DNA of 64,000 nucleotides from Eledone cirrhosa (taxonomy: Eukaryota): assembly GCA_964016885.1 (NCBI GenBank), contig OZ024751.1:22258001-22322000 (forward strand). The letters run 5' to 3'. Shown here piece after piece: positions 43,437 to 56,299 of the stretch. How positions within the stretch are numbered: position 1 is the first letter of the stretch; every line of letters begins with the position of its first letter. The translations under genes and the position numbers were made by a program. The notes beneath the pieces are model-generated. The model ran no database searches. It was given only the letters and a program-made list of their open reading frames with translations, and was not told the DNA's origin.

Positions 43437-44237
43437 ATATATCTATATGCAAAAGGCAAACAGAAATGAAAATGTAAACGATATAGTACAATGAAGAAAT
43501 ATATTAGTTTTACACTTGATATAGTAGGAAAAGAGTCTTGACGTTTCACACACTAATTCTTCATTGGAAAATAGAATGAGAAATTAAAGAAGAAATAGAA
43601 AGATAGAAGAGAGTGAGTAGTGGCAGATAAAAATTCATTTGAGAAAAAACAGATCTATTCAGGTTGCCAGTAAAGTTCGAAATGCATCGATGATTGTCCC
43701 CCTTGTTTCTTTAGAAATACAAAATTCCAATATATATCTACATACAGCTATGCCTGAAGCTAAATCTTAATTCTATTCTATATATATAAACAAGTGAACT
43801 ACTTAGTAGCTTGTTCTCAACAACTCATAGGTACAGAGTATAAGAAAGGTTAGGTTTGATTGATCAGGGCTCACAAGGGGATCAACAAAGCAGCAACAGT
43901 CACCAACACCACCACCGACACCACCACTAACACCATCACCAACAGCAACACAGTAAACCCATTTATCACCACTACACCACTATTTTATTTCAATATTCTT
44001 CTAAACTAAAGTGAGGACTCAACCAATACATTATGACTACACCACAGACTACAGTCAGTATAAAATGGTGGACAACACGACACTGAACCAAACATATTGA
44101 TTTCCTGGGTTTTTTTTGTTGTTTATTAAATTTTGTTTGTTTGTTTGTTTGTTTGTTTGTTTGTAAAGTTTTCTTTGAGATAATTTATAAAAATTATGTA
44201 CAATATGGATTGACATCATTTTATATATTGTCAGCAT

Positions 44238-44259
44238 CATGGTGGTGATGATGACCATT

Positions 44260-44307
<48 letters not shown>

Positions 44308-44655
44308 ATGATAGTGAACATTATCATCATCATCATCATCATCATCATCAACAATAACATCATCATCTCCATCATCATTGCCCTTATCTTCATCACTCTC
44401 TTCATGATCAACACCGTCACCCACCACCACCACCACCACCACCACCACCATCATCATCAAGTTATCATCAGTATTATCCTCTTCAAGACTACCACCACCA
44501 TCATCATCATCACCACCATCTACATCACCATTTACCATGATTGTTATCAACATCATTGTCACCATCATCATGGCCACTTTCAACATCATTATCACAAACA
44601 TGAGGATCACCATCACCACTACCACCATCAATCTGACCACTGTCATCATCCCCAC

Positions 44656-44688
<33 letters not shown>

Positions 44689-45030
44689 GACCATCATCAA
44701 CATAACCAGCAACACCAAAGCTATCATCATCTATATTAACAATCACCTCCAAAACTTCCATTATCTCCACAAACAACACTACCATTTCCAGCAGCATTAT
44801 CATCATAACACACTCTTAATCATCATCATCATCATCATCATTACTAACGTTATCATTACCACCACCACCACCACCACCACCACCACCACCACCACCACCA
44901 CCACCAACAACAACAACAACGACCACAATCACCACCACCATGTCTCACCACCAGCTCTATCACCATAACTCCCCTTACTACCACCACTACCACCATGACC
45001 CCACCCCCTTAACCATCCCCGCCACCACCA
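44238..45030. repeat. Mixed (GAT)/(CAT)/(CAC) trinucleotide tract
   Basis: Low-complexity triplets; the poly-H/M/I ORFs are artefacts. Confidence 0.9.
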
Positions 45031-45371
45031 TATCCGTTTCTTATCCTGTCAAACTCCTCAATGATTTTAACATGTAATCGATGGCTGTGTTGGCCAATCT
45101 TAGAAACAGTTCCTAAAAACTTTGAAACCCTTGTCAGAAGGAACAAGGTGACCCCTAGGGAAATCTACTGATGGATACTTCTCCCTCTCTTACTATTAGT
45201 TCTCAATATATGACAGTGATGGGTGGGTCCTTGCTTAGTGAAGCAGGAGAATGGTCATGTTATGGAACAGTGCTTTCTACTAGATACATGGACTAAAATG
45301 GGTGTATATATAATTTGTGTGTGAGTATAATTGTGCATATAGCGACCTACCTCGTGTGTATACATGTATCT

Positions 45372-45968
45372 GTATATGTATGTATGTTTGCATGTATGTA
45401 TGTTTGCATGTGTGTATGTTTGCATGTTTGTATGTTTGTATGTATGTATGTATGTATGTTTGTATGTATGTATGTATGTTTGTATGTATGTATGTATGTT
45501 TGCATGTATGTATGTATGTTTGTATGTATGTTTGTATGTATGTATGCATGTTTGTATGTATGTATGTATGTATATTTGCATGTATGTATGTATGTTTGTA
45601 TGTATGTTTGTATGTATGTATGTTTGCATGTTTGCATGTATGTATGTATGTATGTTTGTATGTATGTATGTTTGTATGTATGTATGTATGTTTGTATGTA
45701 TGTATGTTTGTATGTATGTTTGCATGTATGTTTGCATGTATGTATGTATGTTTGTATGTATGTATGTATGTTTGCATGTATGTATGTTTGTATGTATGTA
45801 TGTATGTATGTATGTTTGCATGTATGTATGTATGTATGTATGCATGTATGTTTGCATGTATGTTTGCATGTATGTTTGTATGTATGTATGTATGTTTGCA
45901 TGTATGTATGTTTGTATGTATGTATGTATGTATGTATGTTTGCATGTATGTATGTTTGCATGTATGTA
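45372..45968. repeat. (TATG)n/(TTTG)/(CATG) tetranucleotide satellite
   Basis: About 600 bp of tatg with tttg and catg variants. Confidence 0.95.
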
Positions 45969-46095
45969 TCTATCAACCCATCTCACTATATATCTGTACA
46001 TATGTATATGTATTTCTGTGTATATACCTACCTATGTATGTATGCATGCATATATGTCTCTCTACTAACCTATCTCTTTATATAACTCTATATAC

Positions 46096-46172
<77 letters not shown>

Positions 46173-46556
46173 AGCATATGCATGTGTGTATGTGTACTTA
46201 TATATATAATTTGATTTATGTGTGTGTACAATGTTTGTGTTGATGTGTACATACATACATATATATATATATATGTATGTATATGTATATATATATATAC
46301 ATACACAAACACACAATATATGGGAGAATGTATAGTCTTCTATCTCCTACTCCCTTCTCTCTATTCTCCCCCTATGTACACCTCCACCTTTTCTTACATA
46401 TATTTGATTACAACTGGGCTATTTCTTACACACGTCTTACTCAATATCCCTCATCTAATAAATATTCTATCAGCAAAGGATCCCCTACATAGTTGTTGAA
46501 CATGCTAGAAATAGCAACCAAACTTGCCCTCAAATTACATCCAATTATTATTGTTC

Positions 46557-46708
46557 AGTAGAGGGTCGGACGCCATGCTTTCCAGCATAGTTACGTCCCT
46601 TTACAATCTGAGTTCAAATCCCGCCGAGGTTGACTTTGCTTTTCATTCTTACGGAGTCGATAAAATAAAGTACCAGTAATGCACTGGGTAATTGCTGGCC
46701 TTGTGCCT
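46557..46708 (+). mobile_element. SINE family A copy truncated at both ends, flanked by a 25-bp direct repeat
   Basis: aaattacatccaattattattgttc at 46532-46556 and 46709-46733. Confidence 0.88.
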
Positions 46709-47462
46709 AAATTACATCCAATTATTATTGTTCTTTTACTGTTTAGCCAATGAAGGAAATGCAGTGTCTATAACCCTATAGGGGTAACAGAAGGAACATT
46801 TAAGACATATAACAATAATCACATATCTAACTTCAGCTATACTGAAAGGCAGGGCACACACTTAAGCTTTCCAACAATATCTGATCTTTGACAAGACATC
46901 CACTTGCAGTGTAAAATGTTTATAGGGTCGAAAATGCAATGGCGTCTTGTGCAATAGCTCTCTGGTTACATTGTTTGAGAATGCAATCTTTGCCTATATT
47001 TCCATATCACCAATGCAACAGAGATAAAATTCTTACTTAATATTTAACATCCGTTTTCCCTGATAGAAAGGACCATATATAGATTTTTTCATTTTTTTTT
47101 TCCATAAAAAAAAAAAATATATATATATATATATAAACCATGCATGTATGTGTATATATATATAATCCTGATATACATTTGAGTGTAAAATAATACTCCT
47201 ATCCATTATTTATAAGGGGGGAGGCTGGGGAACTAAATGAAATGAAATTCTTTTAACATGAATTCTCTTAAAACGGCCATTAAACATGGATTTAATTTGT
47301 TTACATCAAATGAATGTAAACAAAGTGAATATCAGAAATAGTATTTATTGAATGTGTTTAAATTAATATATCTAACACTAAACAAAATAAACTAAATCAA
47401 ACACACAGAGATTCAACCATAAAATTGTAAATTATTTATGATATGAATTCCAGTTGAGTATG

Positions 47463-47580
<118 letters not shown>

Positions 47581-47582
47581 CA

Positions 47583-47620
<38 letters not shown>

Positions 47621-48401
47621 CATATATATGGTGGTGGCTGCCAACTCATTTTATATATATACTTATATATACATATATATACACATATATATACACATAT
47701 ATATACACATATATACATATATATACATATATATACATATATATATACATATATATACATATATATATATACATATATATATACATATATATATACATAT
47801 ATATATACATATATATACATATATATATATATACATATATATATACATACATATATATATACATATATATATACATATATATATACATATATATATACAT
47901 ATATATACATATATATATACATATATATACATATATATACATATATGTATACATATATATATATGTATATATATATATACATATATATATACATATATAT
48001 GTATATACATATATATACATATATATATACATATATATGGTGGCTGCCAACTCGTTTTCGAGTACGGCCACTACTTTATATCCATATAGGAGAACCCCTA
48101 CCGATGCATGAACGAGTGTGACTTTTTAGTCCAGCCAGCGACTTGAAAACTCTGGTACAAACACTACACCTGTGACAATTAATGACACATAGTGCTGGGC
48201 CCATGGTACCATGTGACGGCAAGTGCAGAGAGATCTCCAGATATAAAGCAATGCCTGTGCCGTGAAGCTTTTATATACATGCATATATTTATATATTTGT
48301 ACAGCCGACCATGTTATTCTTCAATCTTTCACTATATGCATATATATATATATTTATATATATGAAATATAAGAATCAAAGAACTGTTCAAAACATTATT
48401 G

Positions 48402-48448
48402 TGCTTACAGCTGTTTCCTCCAAACCGAGGTTTGGATTCTTCGGAGCA
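48402..48448 (-). ncRNA. Type I hammerhead motif (U4C core variant)
   Basis: Reverse strand: tgct-CCGAAGA-a tccaaacc tc ggtttgga g-GAA-ACAGCTGT-A-agca. Confidence 0.65.
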
Positions 48449-48703
48449 ATTTATTAACTTACTGGTAATAAGGTAGTAATTCATTACTGCCTACCACTAT
48501 TTAGGGTTTGTATAAAAAATACATATAACTGCATAAGGTTTTTGTATTTACATAACCATAAATAGTATAATTAATACTATATTTATATATATGCATGCAC
48601 ACACACACACATATATGTAAAAGGTAAACAGAAATAACAACACAATCGGTACAGTATATGGAAAGAATATATTAGGTTAACGCTTGAAATAGAAGGAAGA
48701 GGG

Positions 48704-48739
48704 TCTTAACGTTTCAGACGCTAGTCCTTCATCAGAAGA
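48704..48739 (-). ncRNA. Minimal Penelope-type hammerhead (ACGT stem III)
   Basis: Reverse strand: tctt-CTGATGA-a gga ctagcg tct-GAA-ACGT-T-aaga; a degenerate relative is at ~43533-43568. Confidence 0.7.
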
Positions 48740-49013
48740 ACGAATGAGAAATAAGATAGATTGAAGGGACGGGTGGAGTGGAATTGGAAAAATGTCTTTA
48801 GATAAAAATAACAGGTCCATTCATGTTGAGATCTCTTGAAGGATTGCATTCATAGGTGGTATGCCAAGATGAGCACTCAATGCTATTGGGGAGCAGAATA
48901 TCAATAATAATATTTAGGGAACAAAGAATCACTGTTGTATCATATACATATAGTAATATACATATGTCATATATCTTATTATCTTCATAATTTAACACAC
49001 ATTTTCTAAGCTG

Positions 49014-49049
<36 letters not shown>

Positions 49050-49967
49050 CAGCTTCATTCACACATATATATATATATATAGACATATGTATATATAGTA
49101 TATATGTGTATAAATATATGTGTGTATGTGTTTGTATGCACACACACACCAAAATTTGAGGTAACAGACAAGATTGGAAGATACAGAGACCAAAGCAGAA
49201 TATATTTGAATACAATAGCAAACTTTACTTAATAAAAAAACAACTAATCAGGGTCGTCGGTGACTAAACCTGCAACCCCACCAAGTTTACTTGGTGGGGT
49301 GGGTGGTATTAGACACCCTGCAGGACCCAAAACAAAACCTGACAAAGGGCGGAAGAACTCATAAGAGTCAACGGCCCTCCGAAAGTGTGTAAATATGTAT
49401 AATCACATGTACGGCGCGGTTAAACCATCGGGAGTGAAGGACCCCTCGCCTTTGTCAGGGTATTCTTCTAGGAGAAGGCAACTCAGGAAACTGGGATAAC
49501 TCTGATATAAAATCTACGGCTGAGAAGTTACCGATGATGTTGATCTTTTCTTCTTTTCGGGTTATAGCTACTGTCGCTCAGAGAGTGGGATTGGTTCAGT
49601 GCACAGTCTTTCCTCACTTTAAAAAATATCTTCATGCACAGGCATTGCACGATAGAATTAATTAATAATTATTAATAATCATGCAATGGCCATACTCGAT
49701 AACGAGGGGGCAGCCATTATATATATATATATATATATAAACCTTTAGTGTTTGTTCCCCCTGCTAGGAAGTGTTTGATAGGTCCAGTCCCAGAGTTCAG
49801 AACCTTGGGCAAGTATCTTCTGCTATAGTCTGGGGTTGACCAATGTCCTGTGAGAAGAATTGGTTAGACAGAATCTAAGTATTAGCAATAATAGTAGTAT
49901 GGGGTGGGTAATAGTATTGGTAGAGGTGATTCTGGTAGTAGTAGTATTGGTGGTGGTGATGCTGTTT

Positions 49968-50000
<33 letters not shown>

Positions 50001-50794
50001 ATAGTAGCTCTTTCTATTGTTAATGTTGCTGTTGTCAGACAATCTCCTTAGCACTTTCATAAACCATGATGATCAAACAGAACACCACCACCACCTATGC
50101 CACCACCTCTACCACTACGACCACTGTCACCACCACCCACACCGTCACCACAACCTCCACCACCACTATCAACACCATCACCAGTAGTAAATCATATTAG
50201 GTGATTGTTTAAAGTACAACAACAAAGAGAATAGAACGACAAAATCAATTGGAAAGATCTAAAAAAGAAATAAACCAAATACACACACATATACACACAC
50301 ACAAATGCACACATACAAATATGCATACACAAACACAGACACACACAAACAAAAACATACAAAAACACACACATACAGACACAGTCTCATACAAACACAC
50401 ACAGACATACAGGTATGTACAAACATGCACACACAGACATATGTACACAGCCTTTTTGTTTTAGTATTTCTTATTTGATTCCAGTTGAATGATCAACTTA
50501 TCTGATGCTCAAATTTTCTGATGCTCTATTTGATGCTCAACTTATTTGATGCCCTATTTGATACACAATTTATTTGATACTCAATTCTGTTTGATGGTCA
50601 GCTAATTTGAATCTCAACTCTATGTTTTACTGGTTAATGTGTTTTAGGATAATCATTGTCATCTTCTAATTTATATCTTGAACTGAACTGTTTGATGTCG
50701 GTTGTTTGGTAGTAGTGTCTTAACCGACTTATCATTAAAGCCATCAAAGAGCTCAACAGATTTATCATTGGTGCTACAAACACACATTCACTAA

Positions 50795-50837
<43 letters not shown>

Positions 50838-50876
50838 GTCTATTCATCTGACTTCATAGATATCTATCTCTCAATT

Positions 50877-50937
<61 letters not shown>

Positions 50938-51419
50938 TTATATATATATATATATACACACATATATATATATATATTTATATATATATATACATATATA
51001 TATACACACATACACACACATACACACACAAGTCTATCTCTCCATCTGTTTACCTAGTAATTTATGTATACCTTTATATATTTATATATTTATTTCTTGT
51101 CAATTTGAGGTGACAGTAGTCCAGTATGTATTGTGACAATATCCATATGTCTTATCTATACATTGATCTACCAGCCTCACTTTCCTTTTCTATCACTTTA
51201 TCCATTAATCTCTTTCTCTTTCTTCCATTATATGTCTGCCTGTCTGTCTGTGTTTCCCCACATCCATCTCTCTCTTTTTTTACTATCTATCTGTCTGTTT
51301 CTCTGTCTGTCTGTCTGTCTGTCTGTCTGTCCATCCATTCATCTACCTATCAATCTATATTTTAAATTTCCATAATTCTGACTACCTACTACACACAGAA
51401 ACATGTGTTTATTATTGTG

Positions 51420-52020
51420 GCCCTTTACATTCTGATTTCAAAATCCTGCTGAGGTTAGCTATGTCTTTCATCCTTACAGGGTTGATAAAATAAAGTACCA
51501 GTAATGCACTGAGGTCAATTTAATCGAATTTCCCCTCCCCCAAAATTGCTGGTCTTGTGTCTAGAGTAGAAATCATTATTATTATTATGGAGGGCAGTGG
51601 ATTGGCAGTATTGGTAGAGGGTCGGACGCCATGCTTTCCAGCATAGTTACGTCCCTTTACGATCTGAGTTCAAATCCCGCCGAGGTTGACTTTGCCTTTC
51701 ATCCTTACGGGGTCGATAAAATAAAGTACCAGTAATGCACTGGGTAATTGCTGGCCTTGTGTCTAAAGTAGAAACAATTATTATTATTATTATTTCTAGG
51801 GCGTTGGGTTGGTTGTAACGATAGAGTGTTGGAGAACAGCGTAGAGTTAGGGTCTTACATTCTGAGTTCAAATGCTGCTGATGTTAACTTTACCTTTCAT
51901 TCTTACAGTGTCAATAACATCAAGTACCAGTAATACACTGAGGTTGATTTAATCGACTTTCCCTCCCCCAAAATTGCTGGCCTTGTGCCTAAAGTAGAGA
52001 CTATTATTATTATTATTATT
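51420..52020 (+). mobile_element. Tandem cluster of three SINE family A copies
   Basis: Units at ~51420-51585, 51592-51790 (young, full length) and 51800-52020, each ending (att)n. Confidence 0.88.
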
Positions 52021-52440
52021 ACTTCTTCAAGTTTCACCTGGAAAGGAAGGTGAGGGTGGAGAGAGAAGTGCCCCCCCCCCCCAGTACATTTGCTAAAAGG
52101 TGGGTGAATGTGGCGAGAATGGCTCGTGTGAATGGGCCTACTCTGACCATGCGCCTATAGGCTGGCTAACTTGAGGAGAGGGGTGCTCTCCCTGGGTGCC
52201 CTAGAAGCGCAGGGTGGTTCAGGATTGGTGGGGTACCCGAATCACCCCAGGGTCGTCCAACCCCTATCAGGGAATTTATTTTGTTATATTTATGCATAGT
52301 TTATTTTATATTTTTATAATTTTCATTGTTAAATTAGTCTTGCCATTGTGCACTTTTACTCGACCTTATTGTAAACCCCCACTGTCCCTGTCTTTGTATT
52401 GTCCCCTACATGTCGGCCCTCGTGGCTAATAAATGAAATC
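52021..52440 (+). mobile_element. 3' end of a Tx1/L1-like LINE
   Basis: Frame FFKFHLERKVRVEREV..STFAKRWVNVARMARV...* resembles Tx1-clade ORF2 C-termini; followed by a GC-rich then T-rich UTR and AATAAA, embedded in (att)n. Confidence 0.55.
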
Positions 52441-53034
52441 ATTATTATTATTATTATTATTATTATTAGGCTAGAGAGAATCATTAGAGAGAATAATTTG
52501 ATCTGGATTTTTACGTTTTATCTTTCATCCTTCAGGTGAGTTGATAAAATAAAGTATCTGTTATATACTGCTGTTGATTTAATAGACTAACCCCTTTACT
52601 GAAAATTTCAGTTAGGAATTAAAGGGCAATGGGTTGGCAGATTTGTTAGACTATTGGAAAAAATGCCTTGCAATATTTACTTCAGCTCTTTATGTTCTAA
52701 GTTCAAATCTGATTGAGCTCAGCTTTGTTTTTACTCCTTCTGGTGTTGATAAAATAAAGTACCAGTCAAGAATTGGGACTGATTTAATTGACTAATTTTA
52801 TACCTCATGGAGGGATAACATATGTGTGCATCAAGTAGAGTTAGGATTAGGTGGTAGTAGGGATTGAACCATCATATTCTGAGGGAAAGAGGAGGGCAAA
52901 TTATTAGTAAAGGAGATGTTGCGTATACAACACCAGTTTATAAAGCATATTGATTTTACTATATAGTACCACTGGTTATGTTATATATTATATTGGCAAG
53001 GGAGATGGTGTGTATGTGTGTGTATATATATATA

Positions 53035-53085
<51 letters not shown>

Positions 53086-53397
53086 ATAAGGGTGAAAGCA
53101 GAAATTCTTTGCGTAAACTTTAAACTGTACTAATAATAAATATTTGCTCTAGGGGTTTATATGTAATTTTTGATTATATATATATGTGTTGAGTAAGTAT
53201 TTAGTCCATGAAATGAATGAGAGAAAAAATATGATTGTGGATAGGATATTAGTCTATTACAGATAATGTAGTGTTAATTATAACTGACATGTTGATTAAC
53301 TGAGGTGGATGTATATAGAATATCCTTCATTGAAAAACAAGGAATTGCCTGCAGGAGCAACAGTATCATTTAATATAGCCTTCTACGTTTAAGAGAT

Positions 53398-53626
53398 TTA
53401 ACCCTTTAGCATTTACATTACTCTATATTTACTATCTTAGTTTCACGGTAAAGGCTTTACTTCTCATAAATATCTCACATAATATCGAATCTATGAGATT
53501 TTGATATTATTTATTTTTAGAACAATAACTTAACGTTGGTGTGAGTGGTCGATTACGGCTGGTTTGAACAGAAAGGGGTGAGAGAATTGTGGCCAGATAC
53601 GACCGGTTTAAATACTAAAGGGTGAA
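53398..53626. mobile_element. TTAA-type MITE-like element
   Basis: ttaaccctttagcattta ... taaatactaaagggtgaa; a partial relative is at ~37562-37690. Confidence 0.55.
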
Positions 53627-54343
53627 AGGAGATTTGGCTGCTGTTATAGGGGCTTCACCAACTGCTCAGGTATCAAGTTGATTTTACTACTTGTAAACTT
53701 GTAAAGTTCTAAAAAAATAATAATAATGTTTTTGCAACATAAAATGGGAAAATAAAATGAAAATTCTTAATGTGCAAAAAGGTTAATTGATACATAAAAG
53801 AGAAGCTTTTAATTTTGTTGGTGTTCGTCTCAGCCCAAGACCTTCAGTTTGCATGCTTCCTGAGAAAGAAGAATGTGCTTTTATGAAGAATTTGGCAAGA
53901 AAATACATCATTTAAATTTAGTCTTTGCCTTTTTGCATCAGAATCAGAAGCGCATTTGAGATGAAAACTTTATGCAAAAGTTTAGACCGAAATAGTCCCA
54001 TGCATTTCCTGTGGCCAAAAGAAACAGCTCAAACTGTTGATATGATATGATATGATCTCATGCATGGAGGAGGGGAAGGAAATTGTTGTTGCTAGGGCTG
54101 CATAGAGATGAGAATGCAATTAGGGAGTGTTTGTTCTATTAGCAAAAAAAAATAAAAGATATTGTTGAGTAAAAGCAATGATGTTTCTAATAATCGCTGT
54201 AGATGAGTACAAACACTAAATGCTGAGTGGTGGCCATATTGGTGGCAAGAAGGAAAGTGGTGGTGGTGGCAGTGGTGGAGCAGAGGTTGCGTTTTTTGCT
54301 TGTTTTGTTTTCGGATTGGGTTAAAAATCTGACCAGTACTCAC

Positions 54344-54371
54344 ATGAACGAATCTGTCTTGTGGATGGAAT
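54344..54371 (-). CDS. Candidate 28-nt microexon of the host gene
   Basis: cccctttttttacag|ATTCCATCCACAAGACAGATTCGTTCAT|gtgagt; all three frames are open; sits in an unusually repeat-poor block. Confidence 0.45.
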
Positions 54372-54789
54372 CTGTAAAAAAAGGGGTAAATTTTATCTAA
54401 AAAATTCTATCATTATCACCTAACCTAGATCCTTGAATAAGCAGCAGACCCTTGTTTTGGTTTGTATTAGCAAGAGTTGTCTTTCCTGTAATTAATCACC
54501 CCCCCTCTCCCTCCAATGCAATCAAGTTTGTGTGTGCATGCACACAAGCAGATAGACAAACACACCTGCACACATACATACATAGACACACCTACATATA
54601 CACACAGAGACACATACAGACACACCAGCACACATACATACACAGGCTCATGCACACACACACATACTTACACAGGCTTATGCACACACACACACACACA
54701 GGCTCATGCACACACACACACACACTTTCCTCCATATGTATTTGACAAAGCAGAGATGATGTTTGTTTGTGTCCACAGTAAGCAATATG

Positions 54790-55105
54790 TCCCGCAGCAC
54801 AATAGCTCAACAAACAGAAGTGGTGTGCATTGTAGTACTCCAGTTGATTCAATCAATGGAACTGTTTGCTCATGAAATTAACGTGCAAGTGTCTGAGCAT
54901 TCCACAGACAGGTGTATCCTTAACACAGTTCTCAGAGAGATTCAACATGATGCAATGTGTGGCTGGTCTATTGTATTACTGGTACAACTAATGTTTTACC
55001 ATTTGAGTTGACTGAAGCAACATAAAGTAAAGTGTCTTGCTTAAGGACACAATGTATGGCCTGGTTCAGGAATTAGATTCATGACCTGAACACTAACCAC
55101 TGAAC
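54790..55105 (-). mobile_element. Old diverged tRNA-derived SINE (a further family)
   Basis: gaaattaacgtgcaagtg..gagcattccacagac body followed by aagtgtcttgcttaaggacaca and ctaaccactga (reverse tRNA head). Confidence 0.6.
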
Positions 55106-55141
55106 CTCACATCTTCATGAGCTATATATTTATATATATAT

Positions 55142-55485
55142 ATCATCACCGTTTTATGTCCGTTCTTCCACGCTAGCATGGGTTAGATGGGTTGTCCTGT
55201 TGTGGGCAGTGTCCGGTCGACTGACCTTGTCTTGCTCATACGGGAACTGATTCTGGCTTGATTTCTACAGCTGGATGCCCTTCCTAACACCAACCTCATT
55301 TACAGTGAGTGCTGGGTGCTTTTTTGCCGTGGCACCTCCACGACCACTTTGCAGTGGAATGATAGGGATCCCAGTCCCTATCATCTCATTTCTACAGCTG
55401 AGTAAACTGGAGCAATGTGAAATAAAGTGTCTTGCTCAAGGAAACAACACATCACCCGGTCTCAGAATTGAACTCACAACCTTTC
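55142..55485 (-). mobile_element. SINE family B, long-tail variant (5' truncated)
   Basis: Family B body with the alternative tail ..cccatctaacccatgctagcgtggaagaacggac(a/g)taaaacggtgatgat. Confidence 0.9.
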
Positions 55486-55575
55486 TATATAGGAAAAGAG
55501 TTAGGACCTCGATGGCTGAGCTCCGTCATGGTCCACCTGGTATTTTACCACACCCTCTTTGTTATATATATATAT

Positions 55576-55964
55576 GGAGGCACATGGCTTAGTGGTCAGA
55601 ACATTGGCCTTGCAATCGAAAGGTTGTGAGTTTAATTCTCAGACCGAGCGATGTGTTGTTTCCTTGAGCAAGACACTTTATTTCACATTGCTCCAGTTTA
55701 CTCAGCTGTAGAAATGAGATGATAGGACTGGGATCCATATCATTCCACTGCAAAGTGGTCGTGGAGGTGCCACGACAAAGAAGCACTCAGCACTCACTGT
55801 AAATGAGGTTGGTGTTAGGAAGGGCATCCAGCTGTAGAAATCCAGCCAGAATCAGTTCCCATATGAGCAAGACAAAGTAAGCCGACCGGACACTGCCAAC
55901 AACAGGACAACCCATCTAACCCATGCTAGCGTGGAAGAACGGACGTAAAACGGTGATGATGATG
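55576..55964 (+). mobile_element. SINE family B, long-tail variant (full length)
   Basis: Same variant as 55142-55485 in the opposite orientation. Confidence 0.92.
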
Positions 55965-56077
55965 TTATACCATACTTATGATGAAAGTGTGGGTTGGCAT
56001 GAAGAAAGGCAACCAGTCATGCAAAACTCTTCCATGTTAGTAAGGAAAAAAACATGTAAAAATTATGATGTTGATGA

Positions 56078-56297
56078 TAATTGTTTCTAATTCAGGCACA
56101 AGGCCAGCAATTTGAAGGGGAGGAGAAGTCGATTAAATTGGTCCCCAGTGCATTACTGGTGCCTTATTTGTTCAACCCCGTAAGGATGAAAAGCAAAGCT
56201 AACCTCAGCGGGATTTGAACTCAGAACGTAAAGAGCCGTAACTCGATGCTGCAAAGCATGTTGTCTGACGCTCTACCAATGCTGCCAATCCACCGCT
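56078..56297 (-). mobile_element. SINE family A copy (longer subfamily)
   Basis: Family A head and core plus the extra gtcgattaaatt segment. Confidence 0.85.
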
Positions 56298-56299
56298 CT

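Noticed and set aside
44055-44968. His-rich ORFs
   Set aside because: CAT/CAC triplet low complexity, open on both strands.
49240-49720. GC-richer island resembling a retroelement UTR (similar character at 25076-25365)
   Set aside because: No ORF, termini or second copy in the window to classify it; needs a repeat-library search.
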